Counted from the first letter of the stretch, positions 1-14,113 are shown. The stretch: 60,074 bases of DNA from Leptolyngbya sp. DLM2.Bin15 (GCA_007694125.1 RECH01000212.1:1-60074); one strand, 5' to 3'. The notes: a model not told the origin generated them from the sequence alone. Program-made: numbers and translations.

Positions 1-2
1 CG

Positions 3-1190
<1,188 letters not shown>

Positions 1191-1318
1191 GAGCTGATTG
1201 AGTAGAGTTGGTTGGTCGCTTGGTCGTTCCGTATCGAGTTCGTCCTGTGCTCTAGCCTGCTTGTACCTGTAGGGTACGATTGCTCTGGAATCCGCCGTTG
1301 TCCTATCCAGGATGCGGC

Positions 1319-1380
1319 GGATTTTTCATGGGATTTTTCATGGGATGATTGCTGGGATGCTTGATGGGATTTTTTATGGG
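1319..1380. repeat. 12-bp tandem repeat, about 5 degenerate copies (GGATTTTTCATG)
   Basis: ggatttttcatg ggatttttcatg ggatgattgctg ggatgcttgatg ggattttttatg, read directly. Confidence 0.85.
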
Positions 1381-1530
1381 GCGATCGCTCCCTCAGATCC
1401 CTTCCATAGCTGGCACTGCCCATCCTACAACTACGGCCATGGCCATCCTCAAAGATCCAAGATCCAACAACCGTCTCAGTTTGATCTAGGCTAGAAGAAC
1501 ATCACTCCGCTTACCCAAGCCCGATTTGCC

Positions 1531-1929
1531 ATGTCGCCAAAACGTACCCGCAACCAAGAGAAAGTATTGTCTGTGCTGCGAGCCTTGGGGCGGGGTACCT
1601 CAGCCCAGGATCTATTTGTCGAACTCCGCGATCGCAGCCAGGGTATGGGATTGGCCACGGTGTACCGAGCTCTCGATGCCCTGAAGCTAGAGGGCGTGGT
1701 GCAGGTGCGAACGGTGTCTAGCGGGGAGGCCCTGTATAGCCTGATTCAAGAAGATCGCCACCACTTGACCTGTTTGCAGTGCGGTCTGTCAATTGCCATT
1801 GACGAATGTCCCGTGCATGAGCTTCAGGAACGCCTGCACGATGCCTATCAGTTCAAAATCTACTACCATACCCTAGAATTTTTCGGGCTCTGTACGACCT
1901 GCCAGACGGCTCAGGCATCCATGGGCTAA
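1531..1929 (+). CDS. zur: Fur-family zinc uptake regulator (Zur/FurB)
   Basis: MGLATVYRAL helix, HHLTCLQCG and CTTC motifs, HTLEFFGLC; closely resembles cyanobacterial FurB/Zur. Confidence 0.88.
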   Translation: MSPKRTRNQEKVLSVLRALGRGTSAQDLFVELRDRSQGMGLATVYRALDALKLEGVVQVRTVSSGEALYSLIQEDRHHLTCLQCGLSIAIDECPVHELQERLHDAYQFKIYYHTLEFFGLCTTCQTAQASMG

Positions 1930-2149
1930 GGGGATGACCTGTGGGGTATGAAGAGGGCGATCGCCTCCCTGCTGTGGTGCCTTCCAGCCAGGCTCTCCAT
2001 CTGTTCCTGAGGCATTTTGTTAGAAATCTTCAGTCAATTTTTTTGGGGCATAACCCACAAAAAATCGTCGGGTGTGTTACCTCTGCGTGATATGATCACC
2101 TGTGGTTTGCAAGACTGCGAACCGCTCAGTTTTCTAGTGGCTAAGCTCT

Positions 2150-2590
2150 GTGAACTCGCCAGACGGATTACCAGAACAAAATGCTTCGCAGGCAGTGGCC
2201 GCCCCCGCGCAACTGACACCTGAGCCAGACTCCTCCATGGCGGAGTTTTACCAACTTCAACAAAATTTGCTCATCACCACCCTTGTGATGGCAGGCGTAA
2301 TTTTTGTGAGTGTTTGGGTGTTCTACACCGTGGCGATCGCACTGAACTATTTACTGGGTGCCTGCGTGGGTGTAGTTTATTTGAGGATGTTGGCCAAAAA
2401 CGTCGAGCAACTCGGTCGGCAACGGCAAAAGCTAGGTAGTGCTCGGTTAGCCCTGCTCATAGCCCTCATCCTAGTGGCGTCTCAGTGGAACCAACTGCAA
2501 ATCATGCCTATTTTTTTAGGATTCTTGACCTATAAAGTGGCATTGATTACCTACGTCCTCTGGACTAGCTTCGCACCTAGCCTCGATTAA
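2150..2590 (+). CDS. atpI: ATP synthase protein I (cyanobacterial atp1)
   Basis: Hydrophobic 4-TM protein ([28 protein letters not shown]) and first gene of the atp operon. The start codon is uncertain. Confidence 0.9.
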   Translation: MNSPDGLPEQNASQAVAAPAQLTPEPDSSMAEFYQLQQNLLITTLVMAGVIFVSVWVFYTVAIALNYLLGACVGVVYLRMLAKNVEQLGRQRQKLGSARLALLIALILVASQWNQLQIMPIFLGFLTYKVALITYVLWTSFAPSLD

Positions 2591-2635
2591 CCTCGACACG
2601 TCGTGTCTGACAGACTCTTTGGGGAACTTCAACGA

Positions 2636-3388
2636 ATGGACATGCTGAATGATTTGATTACAATTCAACACTTCCCCCTGGCAGAACTGGAAGTCGGCCA
2701 TCATTTGTACTGGCAAATTGGCAGCCTCAAGCTTCATGGGCAAGTATTCCTCACCTCTTGGTTTGTGATTGCAGCCCTCGTTACCATTTCAGTCTTAGCC
2801 ACTCGTAATGTTCAGATGGTGCCGTCGGGTGTACAAAACTTGATGGAATATGCCCTCGAATTCATTCGAGACTTGGCAAAGGGGCAAATTGGCGAAAAAG
2901 ACTATCGCCCATGGGTACCGTTCATTGGCACCCTGTTTTTGTTCATCTTTGTCTCCAACTGGGGAGGAGCCCTGATTCCTTGGAAGCTAGTCGCTCTGCC
3001 TGAAGGAGAATTGGCTGCCCCCACCAGTGACATTAATACCACCGTTGCCCTAGCGCTCCTCACCTCCTTGGCCTACTTCTACGCAGGCTTTAGCAAGAAA
3101 GGACTGGGCTACTTTGGCAACTATGTGCAGCCGGTAGCATTCATGCTGCCGTTCAAAATTATTGAAGATTTCACCAAGCCCCTTTCCCTGAGCTTCCGTC
3201 TATTTGGCAACATCTTGGCGGATGAACTCGTGGTTGGGGTGCTAGTTCTTCTGGTGCCGTTGTTTGTGCCGCTGCCAGTGATGGCGCTTGGGTTGTTCAC
3301 CAGTGCAATTCAGGCGTTGATCTTCGCTACGTTGGCCGCCGCCTACATCGGGGAAGCCATGGAAGAACACGGGGAAGAGCATGAGTAA
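2636..3388 (+). CDS. atpB: F0F1 ATP synthase subunit a (cyanobacterial atpI)
   Basis: [36 protein letters not shown] with the essential Arg. ATG 2636 preferred over GTG 2603. Confidence 0.97.
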   Translation: MDMLNDLITIQHFPLAELEVGHHLYWQIGSLKLHGQVFLTSWFVIAALVTISVLATRNVQMVPSGVQNLMEYALEFIRDLAKGQIGEKDYRPWVPFIGTLFLFIFVSNWGGALIPWKLVALPEGELAAPTSDINTTVALALLTSLAYFYAGFSKKGLGYFGNYVQPVAFMLPFKIIEDFTKPLSLSFRLFGNILADELVVGVLVLLVPLFVPLPVMALGLFTSAIQALIFATLAAAYIGEAMEEHGEEHE

Positions 3389-3537
3389 GGGCCCCTTGCC
3401 CGCTCAGTTGGTTACGTAGGCTGGTTGTCTGGGGCCTGACCTCAGCAGCAGGTTTCGATGTGAGTTTAGTAGCTCTGCTGCACCGCTCCATCGCTGATGT
3501 ACTGTTTGATCGTTGTCTGTTTGTACTCTTAAGTTAG

Positions 3538-3795
<258 letters not shown>

Positions 3796-3930
3796 GTCAT
3801 CAAGGGTCATTGGGTAGGTCGTTGGTTAACTCCTACCCGATGGCAACTCCGGCTCAAGCTTGTGTTGTTAGATTACACAGGTTGACTGTGTGCTGTCGTT
3901 TTCCCCAATGAATGATGGGGTGAGAGGATT

Positions 3931-4416
3931 ATGATTCACTGGACAGTTCTACTTGCCGCTGAGGCCGCTGCTTCAGAGGGAGGGGGTGGACTTTTTGACT
4001 TAGATGCCACATTGCCCTTAATGGCCATTCAGTTTCTACTGTTAATGGTGGCCTTAAATGCAGTGTTCTATAAACCCCTGGGCAAGAGCATCGACGATCG
4101 AGATAACTATATTCGCACCACCCAGGCAGAAGCTAAAGAGCGGTTGGAGCAAACCAAGCGCTTAACCCAGCAATACGAGACCGAACTGGCGTCTACTCGT
4201 CGTCAGTCTCAAGCCGTCATTGCTGAGGCACAGGCTGCTGCTCAAAAAATTGCTGCCGAACGGGTTGCCCAAGCTCAGCAAGAGGCTCAGGCTCAGCGTG
4301 AACAGGTTCAGGTAGAGCTTGATCAACAGAAAGCTGAGGCGCTAGCATCACTGGAGCAGCAGGTGGGTGCATTAAGTCAACAAATTTTGGATAAGCTCCT
4401 AGAGGCAAAGGCTTAA
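3931..4416 (+). CDS. atpF2: F0F1 ATP synthase subunit b' (cyanobacterial atpG)
   Basis: [19 protein letters not shown]-terminal anchor followed by a coiled coil; position in the operon. Confidence 0.95.
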   Translation: MIHWTVLLAAEAAASEGGGGLFDLDATLPLMAIQFLLLMVALNAVFYKPLGKSIDDRDNYIRTTQAEAKERLEQTKRLTQQYETELASTRRQSQAVIAEAQAAAQKIAAERVAQAQQEAQAQREQVQVELDQQKAEALASLEQQVGALSQQILDKLLEAKA

Positions 4417-4561
4417 CGGTTGATCCGCTAGGCTGGGAGCGACTAAGGAGCCGCACAGGTGGATATTGCTTGGGCTATTGCATGTTGCATGGGTTGCCTA
4501 GGTGAGTAGGAGTGCGCAAGGTTAAGGCTGGGTTGAGTAGATCAACGACGATTTAGGGATC

Positions 4562-5122
4562 ATGGGAACTTTGTATTGGCTAGCTGAGCGAACTGGAACA
4601 GTGGTTCTGAAAGCGCCAGAGATTGAAGAAGCCGGGTTTGGCATCAATCTTGATCTTTTAGACACAAATCTAATTAATCTGATCATTATCATCGGGGTTT
4701 TGATCTATTTCGGGCGGGGCTTCTTGGGTAAGACTCTGTCAGAGCGGCGATCGCGTATTGAATCTGAGATTCGTGAAGCTGAGGAGCGCAAGAAGTCAGC
4801 CGCCTCGGCCTTGGCCGAGCAGCAGCAAAAGCTGGCACAAGCGAAGGCGGAAGCAGCAAAAATGCTCAGTGCTGCAGAAACCTCAGCTCAGGCTGCTCGT
4901 GAGTCGATCTTGGCGGAGGCTGAGCAGGATGTTGCTCGTCTGCGAGAAGCGGCGGCTCAAGACTTAACCTCTCAGCAAGAGCGCATCATCCGAGAGGTTC
5001 GCAATCAAGTTGTATTGATGGCGATGCAGCAAGCAGAAACTCAATTGCGTCATGAGATGGATGATGCCAAGCAGCAAGAGCTTGTAGACCGAAGCATTGC
5101 TATGTTGGGAGGCAAGTCATGA
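4562..5122 (+). CDS. atpF: F0F1 ATP synthase subunit b
   Basis: [16 protein letters not shown], a TM helix, then a coiled coil; overlaps the delta start (ATGA). Confidence 0.96.
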   Translation: MGTLYWLAERTGTVVLKAPEIEEAGFGINLDLLDTNLINLIIIIGVLIYFGRGFLGKTLSERRSRIESEIREAEERKKSAASALAEQQQKLAQAKAEAAKMLSAAETSAQAARESILAEAEQDVARLREAAAQDLTSQQERIIREVRNQVVLMAMQQAETQLRHEMDDAKQQELVDRSIAMLGGKS

Positions 5123-5676
5123 ACAATAGTTTAGTCACGGCGGAAATTCTGGAGCCCTATGCTCAGGCTTTGATGTCGCTGGCTCAGGGGAACGACCTCG
5201 TTGATCCGTTGAGTGGTGATGCCGCTGGTCTGTTGGAGCTTTTGAAAGGATCTCCTGACCTAGAGCAATTTTTGTCGAGCCCCATTGTGGGTATTGAGCA
5301 AAAGAAGGCAGTGCTCCGTCAAGTCTTGAGTGACCAGGTTCATCCCTACATGATGAATTTCCTGCTGTTGCTGGTGGATCGTCGGCGCATCTCGTTCATT
5401 GAAGGGATTTGCAGAAAATATCAGTCCCTAGTTCGAGATTTGAAAAAAACGGTGCTTGCTGAGGTCACCTCGGCGGTGCCTTTGTCCGAGGCTCAGCAGG
5501 ATGCCGTTCGTGGGAAGGTTTTGGAACTCACGGGCGCACAACAGGTTGAGCTTGAACTGTCGCAGAATCCAGACTTGATCGGTGGCGTTGTCATCCGAGT
5601 TGGCTCTCAAGTGATTGATGCGAGCCTCAGCGGACAGTTGCGACGCATCGCTCTTAAACTCAGCGTCATCAGCTAG
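5119..5676 (+). CDS. atpH: F0F1 ATP synthase subunit delta (cyanobacterial atpD)
   Basis: [42 protein letters not shown]. Confidence 0.97.
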   Translation: MNNSLVTAEILEPYAQALMSLAQGNDLVDPLSGDAAGLLELLKGSPDLEQFLSSPIVGIEQKKAVLRQVLSDQVHPYMMNFLLLLVDRRRISFIEGICRKYQSLVRDLKKTVLAEVTSAVPLSEAQQDAVRGKVLELTGAQQVELELSQNPDLIGGVVIRVGSQVIDASLSGQLRRIALKLSVIS

Positions 5677-5761
5677 CCTTCGATGCATTCATCCGGCTGT
5701 AGATGATTGAATTTGTCAGTACCAAACCCAATTAGACACCGTTCGTTGAGAGAAAATCCCT

Positions 5762-7279
<1,518 letters not shown>

Positions 7280-7369
7280 CAGAGTCGAACGGGAGGGGAG
7301 ATGGGGTCTAACTGATCCGCCCCTCCTCGTTGATATGGTTTTGTCTCCTCCAATCTTCGGGTTTTAGCT

Positions 7370-8320
7370 ATGCCAAATCTCAAAGCGATTCGGGATCGAA
7401 TTAAGTCGGTCAAAAATACCAAGAAAATTACAGAAGCGATGCGGCTCGTGGCGGCAGCTAAGGTGCGGCGTGCCCAAGAGCAGGTGACGGCGACCCGTCC
7501 CTTTGCCGATCGCTTGGCGCAGGTGCTGTATGGTCTACAGTCTCGTCTGCAGTTTGAGGAAGCGGATTTGCCGCTGCTGAAAAAGCGGGATGTGAAAACC
7601 GTGGGTCTGTTGGTGGTGTCGGGCGATCGCGGTCTATGCGGTGGCTACAATGCCAACGTGATTAAGCGGGCTGAGCTGCGCATCAAGGAACTCCAGGCTG
7701 AAGGGCTGGACTATAAGCTGGTGATCGTTGGGCGCAAAGCGAATCAGTATTTTACCCGCCGGGAACAGCCGATTAGTAAGTCGTTCACCAATCTAGAGCA
7801 GGTGCCCACGGCATCGGAAGCTTCGGCGATCGCTGATGAACTGCTCTCCCTATTTCTCTCCGATTCAGTGGATCGGGTGGAGCTCATCTACACCAAATTT
7901 GTGTCCTTGATTAGCTCTCGTCCGGTGACTCAAACTCTACTGCCCCTCGATCCTCAGGGCTTGGAAGCAGCAGATGATGAGATCTTCCGGTTGACGACTC
8001 GTGGTGGTGTGTTCCAAGTCGAGCGGGAAAAGGTGGAGGCAGCTCCCCAGACACCCCTGCCCCAAGATATGATTTTTGAGCAGGATCCGGTGCAAATTCT
8101 GGATGCGCTCCTGCCCCTCTATCTAAACAATCAGCTCCTGCGCGCTCTGCAAGAGTCTGCGGCCAGTGAGCTGGCTGCCCGGATGACGGCGATGAACAAC
8201 GCTAGCGACAACGCTAAGCAGTTGATTACCTCCTTGTCCTTGTCCTACAACAAGGCTCGTCAGGCGTCCATTACCCAGGAAATTCTAGAAGTGGTGGCGG
8301 GCGCAGAAGTCCTCAACTAG
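7370..8320 (+). CDS. atpG: F0F1 ATP synthase subunit gamma (cyanobacterial atpC)
   Basis: [60 protein letters not shown]. Confidence 0.99.
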   Translation: MPNLKAIRDRIKSVKNTKKITEAMRLVAAAKVRRAQEQVTATRPFADRLAQVLYGLQSRLQFEEADLPLLKKRDVKTVGLLVVSGDRGLCGGYNANVIKRAELRIKELQAEGLDYKLVIVGRKANQYFTRREQPISKSFTNLEQVPTASEASAIADELLSLFLSDSVDRVELIYTKFVSLISSRPVTQTLLPLDPQGLEAADDEIFRLTTRGGVFQVEREKVEAAPQTPLPQDMIFEQDPVQILDALLPLYLNNQLLRALQESAASELAARMTAMNNASDNAKQLITSLSLSYNKARQASITQEILEVVAGAEVLN

Positions 8321-8360
8321 CGATCGCTGCTTCCTCGGTAGACAACTTAAGGGTCAACCA

Positions 8361-8392
8361 CAGCGCAGAATCCTTTGGGGTTCTGCGTTTGT
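8361..8392 (+). terminator. Probable intrinsic terminator of the atp operon
   Basis: Stem agcgcagaatcc/gggttctgcgtt followed by a short T run, 40 nt after the gamma stop. Confidence 0.6.
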
Positions 8393-8443
8393 CGTAGTGC
8401 CCTATCGTCGTAGGATCAAAGAAACCCTTTGGATAGCTGGATC

Positions 8444-9745
8444 ATGAGTGCGATCGCCCTTCAAGTAGCGCAGCAGATTGGAGCAGACCATGTGGTGGCG
8501 AGGGAGTCCCTCGATCCGGGTCTGCAGGCTCAACTTCAGATCGCTGCCCCTAACCTGGCGGCGATCGCCTACCCGCCTACCCTAGAGTCCCTGTGTGACC
8601 TCGTGGCCTATGCCCATCATCACCGCTGGGCCATGCTGCCCATGGGCCAGGGTACGAAGCTCCATTGGGGGCCGCCGCTGCAGGGGGAGGCGATCGCCAT
8701 CAGTACGGCTAAGCTTAACCAGGTGATTGACCATGCGGCAGGGGATTTAACCGTGACGGCCCAGGCTGGCGTCAAGCTTGCCGATCTACAGCAGCAGTTG
8801 GCCCAAGCGCGGCAGTTTCTAGCGATCGCCCCCCACTACAGCCCATCAGCGACCCTCGGCGGCATCGTGGCTACGGCGGATACCGGATCCCTGCGTCAGC
8901 GCTACGGCGGCGTTCGGGATATGCTCATTGGCGTGTCCTTGGTGCGGGCGGATGGCCAGGTGGCGAAGGCCGGAGGACGGGTGGTGAAAAACGTAGCTGG
9001 TTACGACCTGATGAAACTGATGACCGGTGCCTACGGTACCCTGGGCATCCTCACCCAAGTGACCTTTCGTCTCTATCCCTTGCCAGAGGTCTCGGAAACG
9101 GTGGTGCTCGTGGGCGACTCGGCGGCGATCGCCACGGTGCTGCATCAGATCCGTCAAACCTCTCTGAGCCCCGCTGCCTTGGATGTCCTATCCCCGTCCT
9201 GCATCAGCGCCCTAGGCTTGGGGCAGGGGATGGGTTTAGTAGCCCGATTCCAGAGTATTCCTGTGAGTGTGGCCCAACAGATGGCCCAGGTGATGGCGTT
9301 GGCCCAAGCGGCGGGATTAAGCAGCGATCGCCTTCAGGGGCAGGATGATGTCAGTCTATGGCAACGATTACAAGAAAAATGGGACGGAGCCGTCGCTGCA
9401 TCGGCGATCGCCTGCAAAATAGGAGTATTACCGGCCCATGGGGTAGCAACCCTGGATGCGATCGCTCAGATGTGTCCAGCCAGCCTAGGACTCATCCATG
9501 CTGGTAGTGGTCTGGGTTGGGTGAGTGGTGAGATAGACAGCATCACCGCCACGGAGATCACCCAGGTGCGATCGCACTGCGCGGCCCATGGAGGCTTTCT
9601 CTCCCTGCTATCGGCACCGCCAAGCTGGACAGGCCTCGATCGCTGGGGCTATGCCGGTAATGCCCTGCCCCAGATGCAAGCCATCAAAGCTCAGTTTGAC
9701 CCCCACCATTTACTCAACCCCGGTCGCTTTGTGGGTGGCCTGTAG
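8444..9745 (+). CDS. glcE: Glycolate oxidase/dehydrogenase FAD-binding subunit GlcE
   Basis: FAD-binding-4 motifs ATLGG, GGRVVKNVAGYDLMKLMTGAYGTLG, C-terminal FDPHHLLNPGRF; lies upstream of glcF. Confidence 0.88.
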   Translation: MSAIALQVAQQIGADHVVARESLDPGLQAQLQIAAPNLAAIAYPPTLESLCDLVAYAHHHRWAMLPMGQGTKLHWGPPLQGEAIAISTAKLNQVIDHAAGDLTVTAQAGVKLADLQQQLAQARQFLAIAPHYSPSATLGGIVATADTGSLRQRYGGVRDMLIGVSLVRADGQVAKAGGRVVKNVAGYDLMKLMTGAYGTLGILTQVTFRLYPLPEVSETVVLVGDSAAIATVLHQIRQTSLSPAALDVLSPSCISALGLGQGMGLVARFQSIPVSVAQQMAQVMALAQAAGLSSDRLQGQDDVSLWQRLQEKWDGAVAASAIACKIGVLPAHGVATLDAIAQMCPASLGLIHAGSGLGWVSGEIDSITATEITQVRSHCAAHGGFLSLLSAPPSWTGLDRWGYAGNALPQMQAIKAQFDPHHLLNPGRFVGGL

Positions 9746-9777
9746 CCGCCGCCCTGCCCAACTCGTGAGTGTTCGCC

Positions 9778-11139
9778 ATGACCGCCACCCCCTCCTCCAC
9801 CGATCGCCCTGCCCTGAAGCTCGATACCAGCTTCCCCGGTTTCGATGCCCAGGATCCGCCCGAGCAATCCCTGATTGATGCCTGTGTGCATTGCGGTTTT
9901 TGCCTGACCACCTGCCCTAGCTATCGGGTGATTGGCAAAGAAACCGACTCGCCCCGCGGCCGCATCTATTTAATGGATGCGATTAATAAGCAGGATGCTC
10001 CCCTGGCCACAGCCACCTCCCAACATTTTGATACCTGCCTAGGCTGCCTGGCCTGCACCACCGCCTGCCCCTCCGGTGTGCAATACGATAAGCTGATTGC
10101 CGCTACCCGCCCCCAAGTGGAGCGCAATGTACCCCGCACCCTCAGCGATCGCCTCTTCCGACAGCTAATTTTCACCCTCTTCCCCCACCCCGATCGCCTG
10201 CGGATGCTGCTGCCGCCGCTGTACCTGTACCAGGCTTTGGGCTTGGGCAAGCTGGTGAAAGCAACAGGATTGCTGAAGCGGATCTCGCCGCGATTGGCTG
10301 CCATGGAATCTCTATTGCCGACCGTGACCGCCCAATCGTTTCAAGATACGATTCCCGAGGTGATTCCTGCCCAGGGCGACACCCGCTATCGGGTCGGGAT
10401 GATTTTGGGCTGTGTGCAGCGCCTGTTCTTCAGCGATGTGAATGAATCGACGGCACGGGTGCTGAGCGCCAACGGCTGTGAGGTGGTGGTGCCCAAGACC
10501 CAAGGCTGCTGCGCGGCTCTGCCCCATCACCAAGGCCAGGAGGAAGCGGCTCGGGATCTGGCCCGGCGGATGATCGACAGCTTTGAGGACACGGGCGTCG
10601 ATGCCATCATCATCAACGCGGCGGGCTGTGGCCATACCCTGAAGGAATATGGGCATTTGCTCAAGGATGACCCTGAGTATCGTGAAAGAGCGATCGCCTT
10701 CTCCCACAAGGTGAAAGACGTGCAGGAATTTTTGGTGGATATTGGGTTGACCGCCCCCCTGTCGCCCCTCAGCCCTGAGCCGCTGACCATCGTCTACCAA
10801 GATGCCTGCCACCTGCTGCATGGTCAAAAAATTAGCGCGCCGCCCCGCCAACTGTTGCTGAGTATTCCCGGTGTCACGCTGCGGGAGCCGGTGGACGCGG
10901 CCCTCTGCTGTGGTAGCGCCGGGGTGTACAACATGCTGCAGCCGGAGATCGCTGAAGAACTGGGGCAGCAAAAGGTGGAGAATTTGATCAACACCGGCGC
11001 GCAGTTGATTGCTTCATCCAATCCCGGTTGCTCTCTGCAAATCCAGAAACATCTGGAACACCAAGGTGTGGCCATGCCGCTTTTCCACCCCATTCGTCTG
11101 CTGGACTATGCGATTCGTGGCCTTCCCTTGCCTCTGTAG
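9778..11139 (+). CDS. glcF: Glycolate oxidase iron-sulfur subunit GlcF
   Basis: Two CxxCxxCxxxCP motifs (CVHCGFCLTTCP, CLGCLACTTACP), DSPRGRI, and CCG-type domains (GCCAAL, CCGSAGVYN). Confidence 0.92.
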   Translation: MTATPSSTDRPALKLDTSFPGFDAQDPPEQSLIDACVHCGFCLTTCPSYRVIGKETDSPRGRIYLMDAINKQDAPLATATSQHFDTCLGCLACTTACPSGVQYDKLIAATRPQVERNVPRTLSDRLFRQLIFTLFPHPDRLRMLLPPLYLYQALGLGKLVKATGLLKRISPRLAAMESLLPTVTAQSFQDTIPEVIPAQGDTRYRVGMILGCVQRLFFSDVNESTARVLSANGCEVVVPKTQGCCAALPHHQGQEEAARDLARRMIDSFEDTGVDAIIINAAGCGHTLKEYGHLLKDDPEYRERAIAFSHKVKDVQEFLVDIGLTAPLSPLSPEPLTIVYQDACHLLHGQKISAPPRQLLLSIPGVTLREPVDAALCCGSAGVYNMLQPEIAEELGQQKVENLINTGAQLIASSNPGCSLQIQKHLEHQGVAMPLFHPIRLLDYAIRGLPLPL

Positions 11140-11285
11140 CGATCGCTGGCCATCCCCCAATGTTGAGACTCCCAATGTTGAGAAAGGTTGCGTTCCCGCT
11201 CCTTCCCTACCCAAGGGCGAAAACCCTTGCGGTATGGTAATCAAAGTGCCAACACTGCTGTACCTGAATTAAAAGCTGCTTTAGT

Positions 11286-12491
11286 ATGACCTCGGTATCT
11301 CCCCAAAAACCCCACCAAAAAGCCAGGGCCCTCAAGCCCACGAGCCGCCGTCCGGCCAAGGAACTCTGTAGCGAATGTGGCCTATGCGACACCTACTATG
11401 TTCACTATGTAAAAGAAGCCTGTGCCTTTATTAACCAGCAAATTGCTGACCTAGAGCAGCAAACCCACGGGCGCAGCCGCAACCTCGATGAGCCAGATGA
11501 TTGGTATTTTGGGGTGCGTCAGGACATGATGGCGGCGCGCAAAACCGAGCCGATCGAAGGGGCGCAATGGACGGGCATCGTCAGTTCCATCGCCATCGAG
11601 ATGCTCAATCGCGGTCTGGTGGAGGGAGTGGTCTGTGTGCAAAATACAGCCGAAGATCGCTTCCAGCCCATGCCGGTGATTGCCCGCACGCCGGAGGATA
11701 TTCTAGCAGCCCGGGTGAATAAACCGACCCTGTCGCCCAACCTGTCGATTTTAGAGCAGGTCGAGCAATCGGGGATGAAGCGACTGCTGGTGATTGGCGT
11801 AGGTTGCCAGATCCAGGCCCTGCGGGCGGTGGAGCAGCAGCTTGGCTTAGAAAAACTCTATGTCCTGGGGACTCCCTGCGTGGATAACGTCACCCGCGCT
11901 GGCCTGCAGAAGTTTCTAGACACCACCAGTCGCTCGCCGGACACGGTGGTGCATTACGAGTTCATGCAAGACTTCCGGGTGCATTTTAAGCATGAGGACG
12001 GTTCGGAAGAAACCGTGCCTTTCTTTGGGCTCAAAACCAATCAGCTTAAGGATGTGTTTGCTCCCTCCTGCATGAGCTGCTTTGATTATGTGAACTCCCT
12101 CGCCGATTTGGTGGTGGGCTATATGGGCGCGCCCTTTGGCTGGCAGTGGATTGTGGTGCGCAATCAGCGCGGCCAGGAATTGCTGGACGTAGTGCAGGAT
12201 CAGTTACAAACCCAGCCGGTGATGTCCCAGGGCGATCGCCATGCAGCGGTACAGCAAAGTATCCCCGCCTACGACAAGGGCGTCACCTTGCCCATGTGGG
12301 CGGCGAAGCTGATGGGCGTGGTGATTGAGCGCATTGGCCCGAAGGGGTTGGAATATGCTCGCTTCTCCATCGATTCCCACTTCACCCGCAACTATCTCTA
12401 CACCAAGCGCCAGCATCCTGAAAAATTAGAGGCCCACGTGCCGGACTATGCCAAGCGCATTGTTGACCAGTACGAGTTGCCACCATCTTGA
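11286..12491 (+). CDS. bciB: Ferredoxin-dependent 8-vinyl (divinyl chlorophyllide) reductase, FrhB family (BciB/CvrA)
   Basis: RPAKELCSECGLCDT, GAQWTGIVS, GVGCQ, GTPCVDN, CMSCFDYVNSLADLVVGYMG, typical of Slr1923-like proteins. Confidence 0.9.
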   Translation: MTSVSPQKPHQKARALKPTSRRPAKELCSECGLCDTYYVHYVKEACAFINQQIADLEQQTHGRSRNLDEPDDWYFGVRQDMMAARKTEPIEGAQWTGIVSSIAIEMLNRGLVEGVVCVQNTAEDRFQPMPVIARTPEDILAARVNKPTLSPNLSILEQVEQSGMKRLLVIGVGCQIQALRAVEQQLGLEKLYVLGTPCVDNVTRAGLQKFLDTTSRSPDTVVHYEFMQDFRVHFKHEDGSEETVPFFGLKTNQLKDVFAPSCMSCFDYVNSLADLVVGYMGAPFGWQWIVVRNQRGQELLDVVQDQLQTQPVMSQGDRHAAVQQSIPAYDKGVTLPMWAAKLMGVVIERIGPKGLEYARFSIDSHFTRNYLYTKRQHPEKLEAHVPDYAKRIVDQYELPPS

Positions 12492-12552
12492 AGCGGTTCA
12501 CCAGGGCTCTGTCCCGTGTGGTCAAGATGCGTCTGTCAATATTGTTCTGTTA

Positions 12553-12905
12553 GCGTTCCCTGATCGGGCGTTCTCTGATCGGGTGTTCCCTGATCGGGTG
12601 TTCTCTGATCGGGTGTTCCCTGAGCGAAGTCGAAGGGAACACGGGTTGGGTATGGCTTCGGCTTCGCTCAGCCAGCGTACTCTTGGAAGGGGATACGGTT
12701 TGGGTTATGGTGCGGGTGTTCCCTGAGCGAAGCCGAAGGGAACACGGGTTGGGTTATGGCTTTCTCCCTTTGGGAGACGTTTCACGAACGGCTTCGCTCA
12801 GCCAGCGTACTCGTTGAAGGGAACACGGGTTGGGTTTTGACTTTCTCCCTTTGGGAGACGTTTCACGAACGGCTTTGCTCAGCCAGCATGGTCTCTGATC
12901 GGCTG
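12553..12905. repeat. Composite repeat: 15-bp tandem array followed by three REP/REPIN-like units
   Basis: (G[C/T]GTTC[C/T]CTGATCGG)x4-5 at 12553-12627. Then units made of the palindrome GTGTTCCCT-GAGCGAAG(T/C)CGA-AGGGAACAC (the third unit keeps only its right arm) and an inverted CGGCTTCGCTCAGCCAGCGTACTC. Confidence 0.9.
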
Positions 12906-13174
12906 ACGGTGTTAGGGGGCGATCGCTCCTATCTATTTTTCCTTGGTGAGAGTTTTTTGATCTCTCAACATAAATGGGGAAAACAGAGTGAATATACGGG
13001 TTTATGGGTGAGGGTTAGACATTTAGAAGTCTGAAGTTCGGTAGAAGTTGGGACGCTTTTCCTCTCTATTCGATAGAGAATGGATTCAAATCTGGAGAAC
13101 GCACCAAGCGAAGCAATAACCAGGGGGCATTTAGGTTATTGCAACTCAACTGGAAAGCTTCTCTAATTCAATTC

Positions 13175-13218
13175 ATGCCTGACCTTGGGGGCTTATGAGG
13201 TCAGGCATTTTTTTGTTT
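13175..13218 (+). terminator. Intrinsic terminator oriented on the + strand
   Basis: Stem atgcctgacctt/gaggtcaggcat followed by ttttttgttt. Confidence 0.75.
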
Positions 13219-13285
13219 AATGGCCGGTCTACAGCTATTGATTGTGATGGAATGAAGCTGCATTTAGCCCTCATTCATCATGGCG

Positions 13286-14113
13286 TTAGAGGATTTTTTC
13301 TAACCCATAAACCAGGGATTTAAGCTGGGTGACGGCACGAATTGCGAGCAAGACACCGGGCATATAACAGACGCGATCGCTGGTGTCGTGACGCAGGGTA
13401 TAAATCTGTCCTGGTGCGCCAAACATGACTTCTTGGTGAGCAATTAAACCCGGTAGGCGAATGCTGTGAATGCGAATATTTTCGTCGGCAAGTCCGCCCC
13501 GTGCGCCAGCAAGGGTTTCAGTTTCGGTGACCTTGGGAGGATTAAAAGATTTACCCAACTCGGCCAGCATTTGAGCGGTTTTAATAGCCGTGCCGCTGGG
13601 GGCATCGGCTTTTTGGTCGTGGTGGAGTTCTAAAATCTCGACGTGGTCAAAATACTTTGAGGCTTGGATGGCGGCTTGCTGTAGCAGCACCATGCCAATG
13701 GAAAAGTTGGGGATGACTAAGCAGCCGGTGCTGGCCTTATCAGCAAAGTCGGCTAGATCCTGCAACTGCTGATCCGATAGCCCCGTCGTGCCCACCACGG
13801 GCCGAACTCCGTAGGCGATCGCTGCCCGCACATTCTCATACACCGATTTGGGATGGGTGAAATCAACCATCACCGGCAGTTGCTTTTCCTGAGCTGCCAT
13901 GGCACAGGTGGCTTCCATGTCCGGCAGGATGGGAATTTCTAGCGCTCCACAGCCTGCAACTTCGCCTACATCTTGTCCCATGAGGCTAGGATTGCGGTCA
14001 ATGGCACCGATGAGGGTCATGTCGTCGGCTTGGGCGATCGCCTTAATGACTTCGCGCCCCATTTTGCCGGCTGCGCCATTTACGATTACGGGAATTGGAG
14101 CTTGTACGGTCAT
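13286..14113 (-). CDS. dapB: 4-hydroxy-tetrahydrodipicolinate reductase
   Basis: [37 protein letters not shown]. Confidence 0.97.
   Translation of the reverse strand: MTVQAPIPVIVNGAAGKMGREVIKAIAQADDMTLIGAIDRNPSLMGQDVGEVAGCGALEIPILPDMEATCAMAAQEKQLPVMVDFTHPKSVYENVRAAIAYGVRPVVGTTGLSDQQLQDLADFADKASTGCLVIPNFSIGMVLLQQAAIQASKYFDHVEILELHHDQKADAPSGTAIKTAQMLAELGKSFNPPKVTETETLAGARGGLADENIRIHSIRLPGLIAHQEVMFGAPGQIYTLRHDTSDRVCYMPGVLLAIRAVTQLKSLVYGLEKIL

Noticed and set aside
2017-2223. Short ORF containing AGSGR, resembling the PatS/PatX RGSGR motif
   Set aside because: It lacks the first Arg, has no signal peptide, and overlaps atp1 and its promoter in another frame.
12553-12905. Possible CRISPR array
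   Set aside because: The sequences between repeats are themselves repeated, spacing is irregular, and there are no cas genes. It fits a REP/tandem composite.
13091-13157. Resemblance to a glycine riboswitch aptamer (TCTGGAGA...CACC...GAAG)
   Set aside because: The P2 stem and CTCTCAGG element are missing and there is no downstream gene on that strand. Kept only as a generic sRNA candidate.
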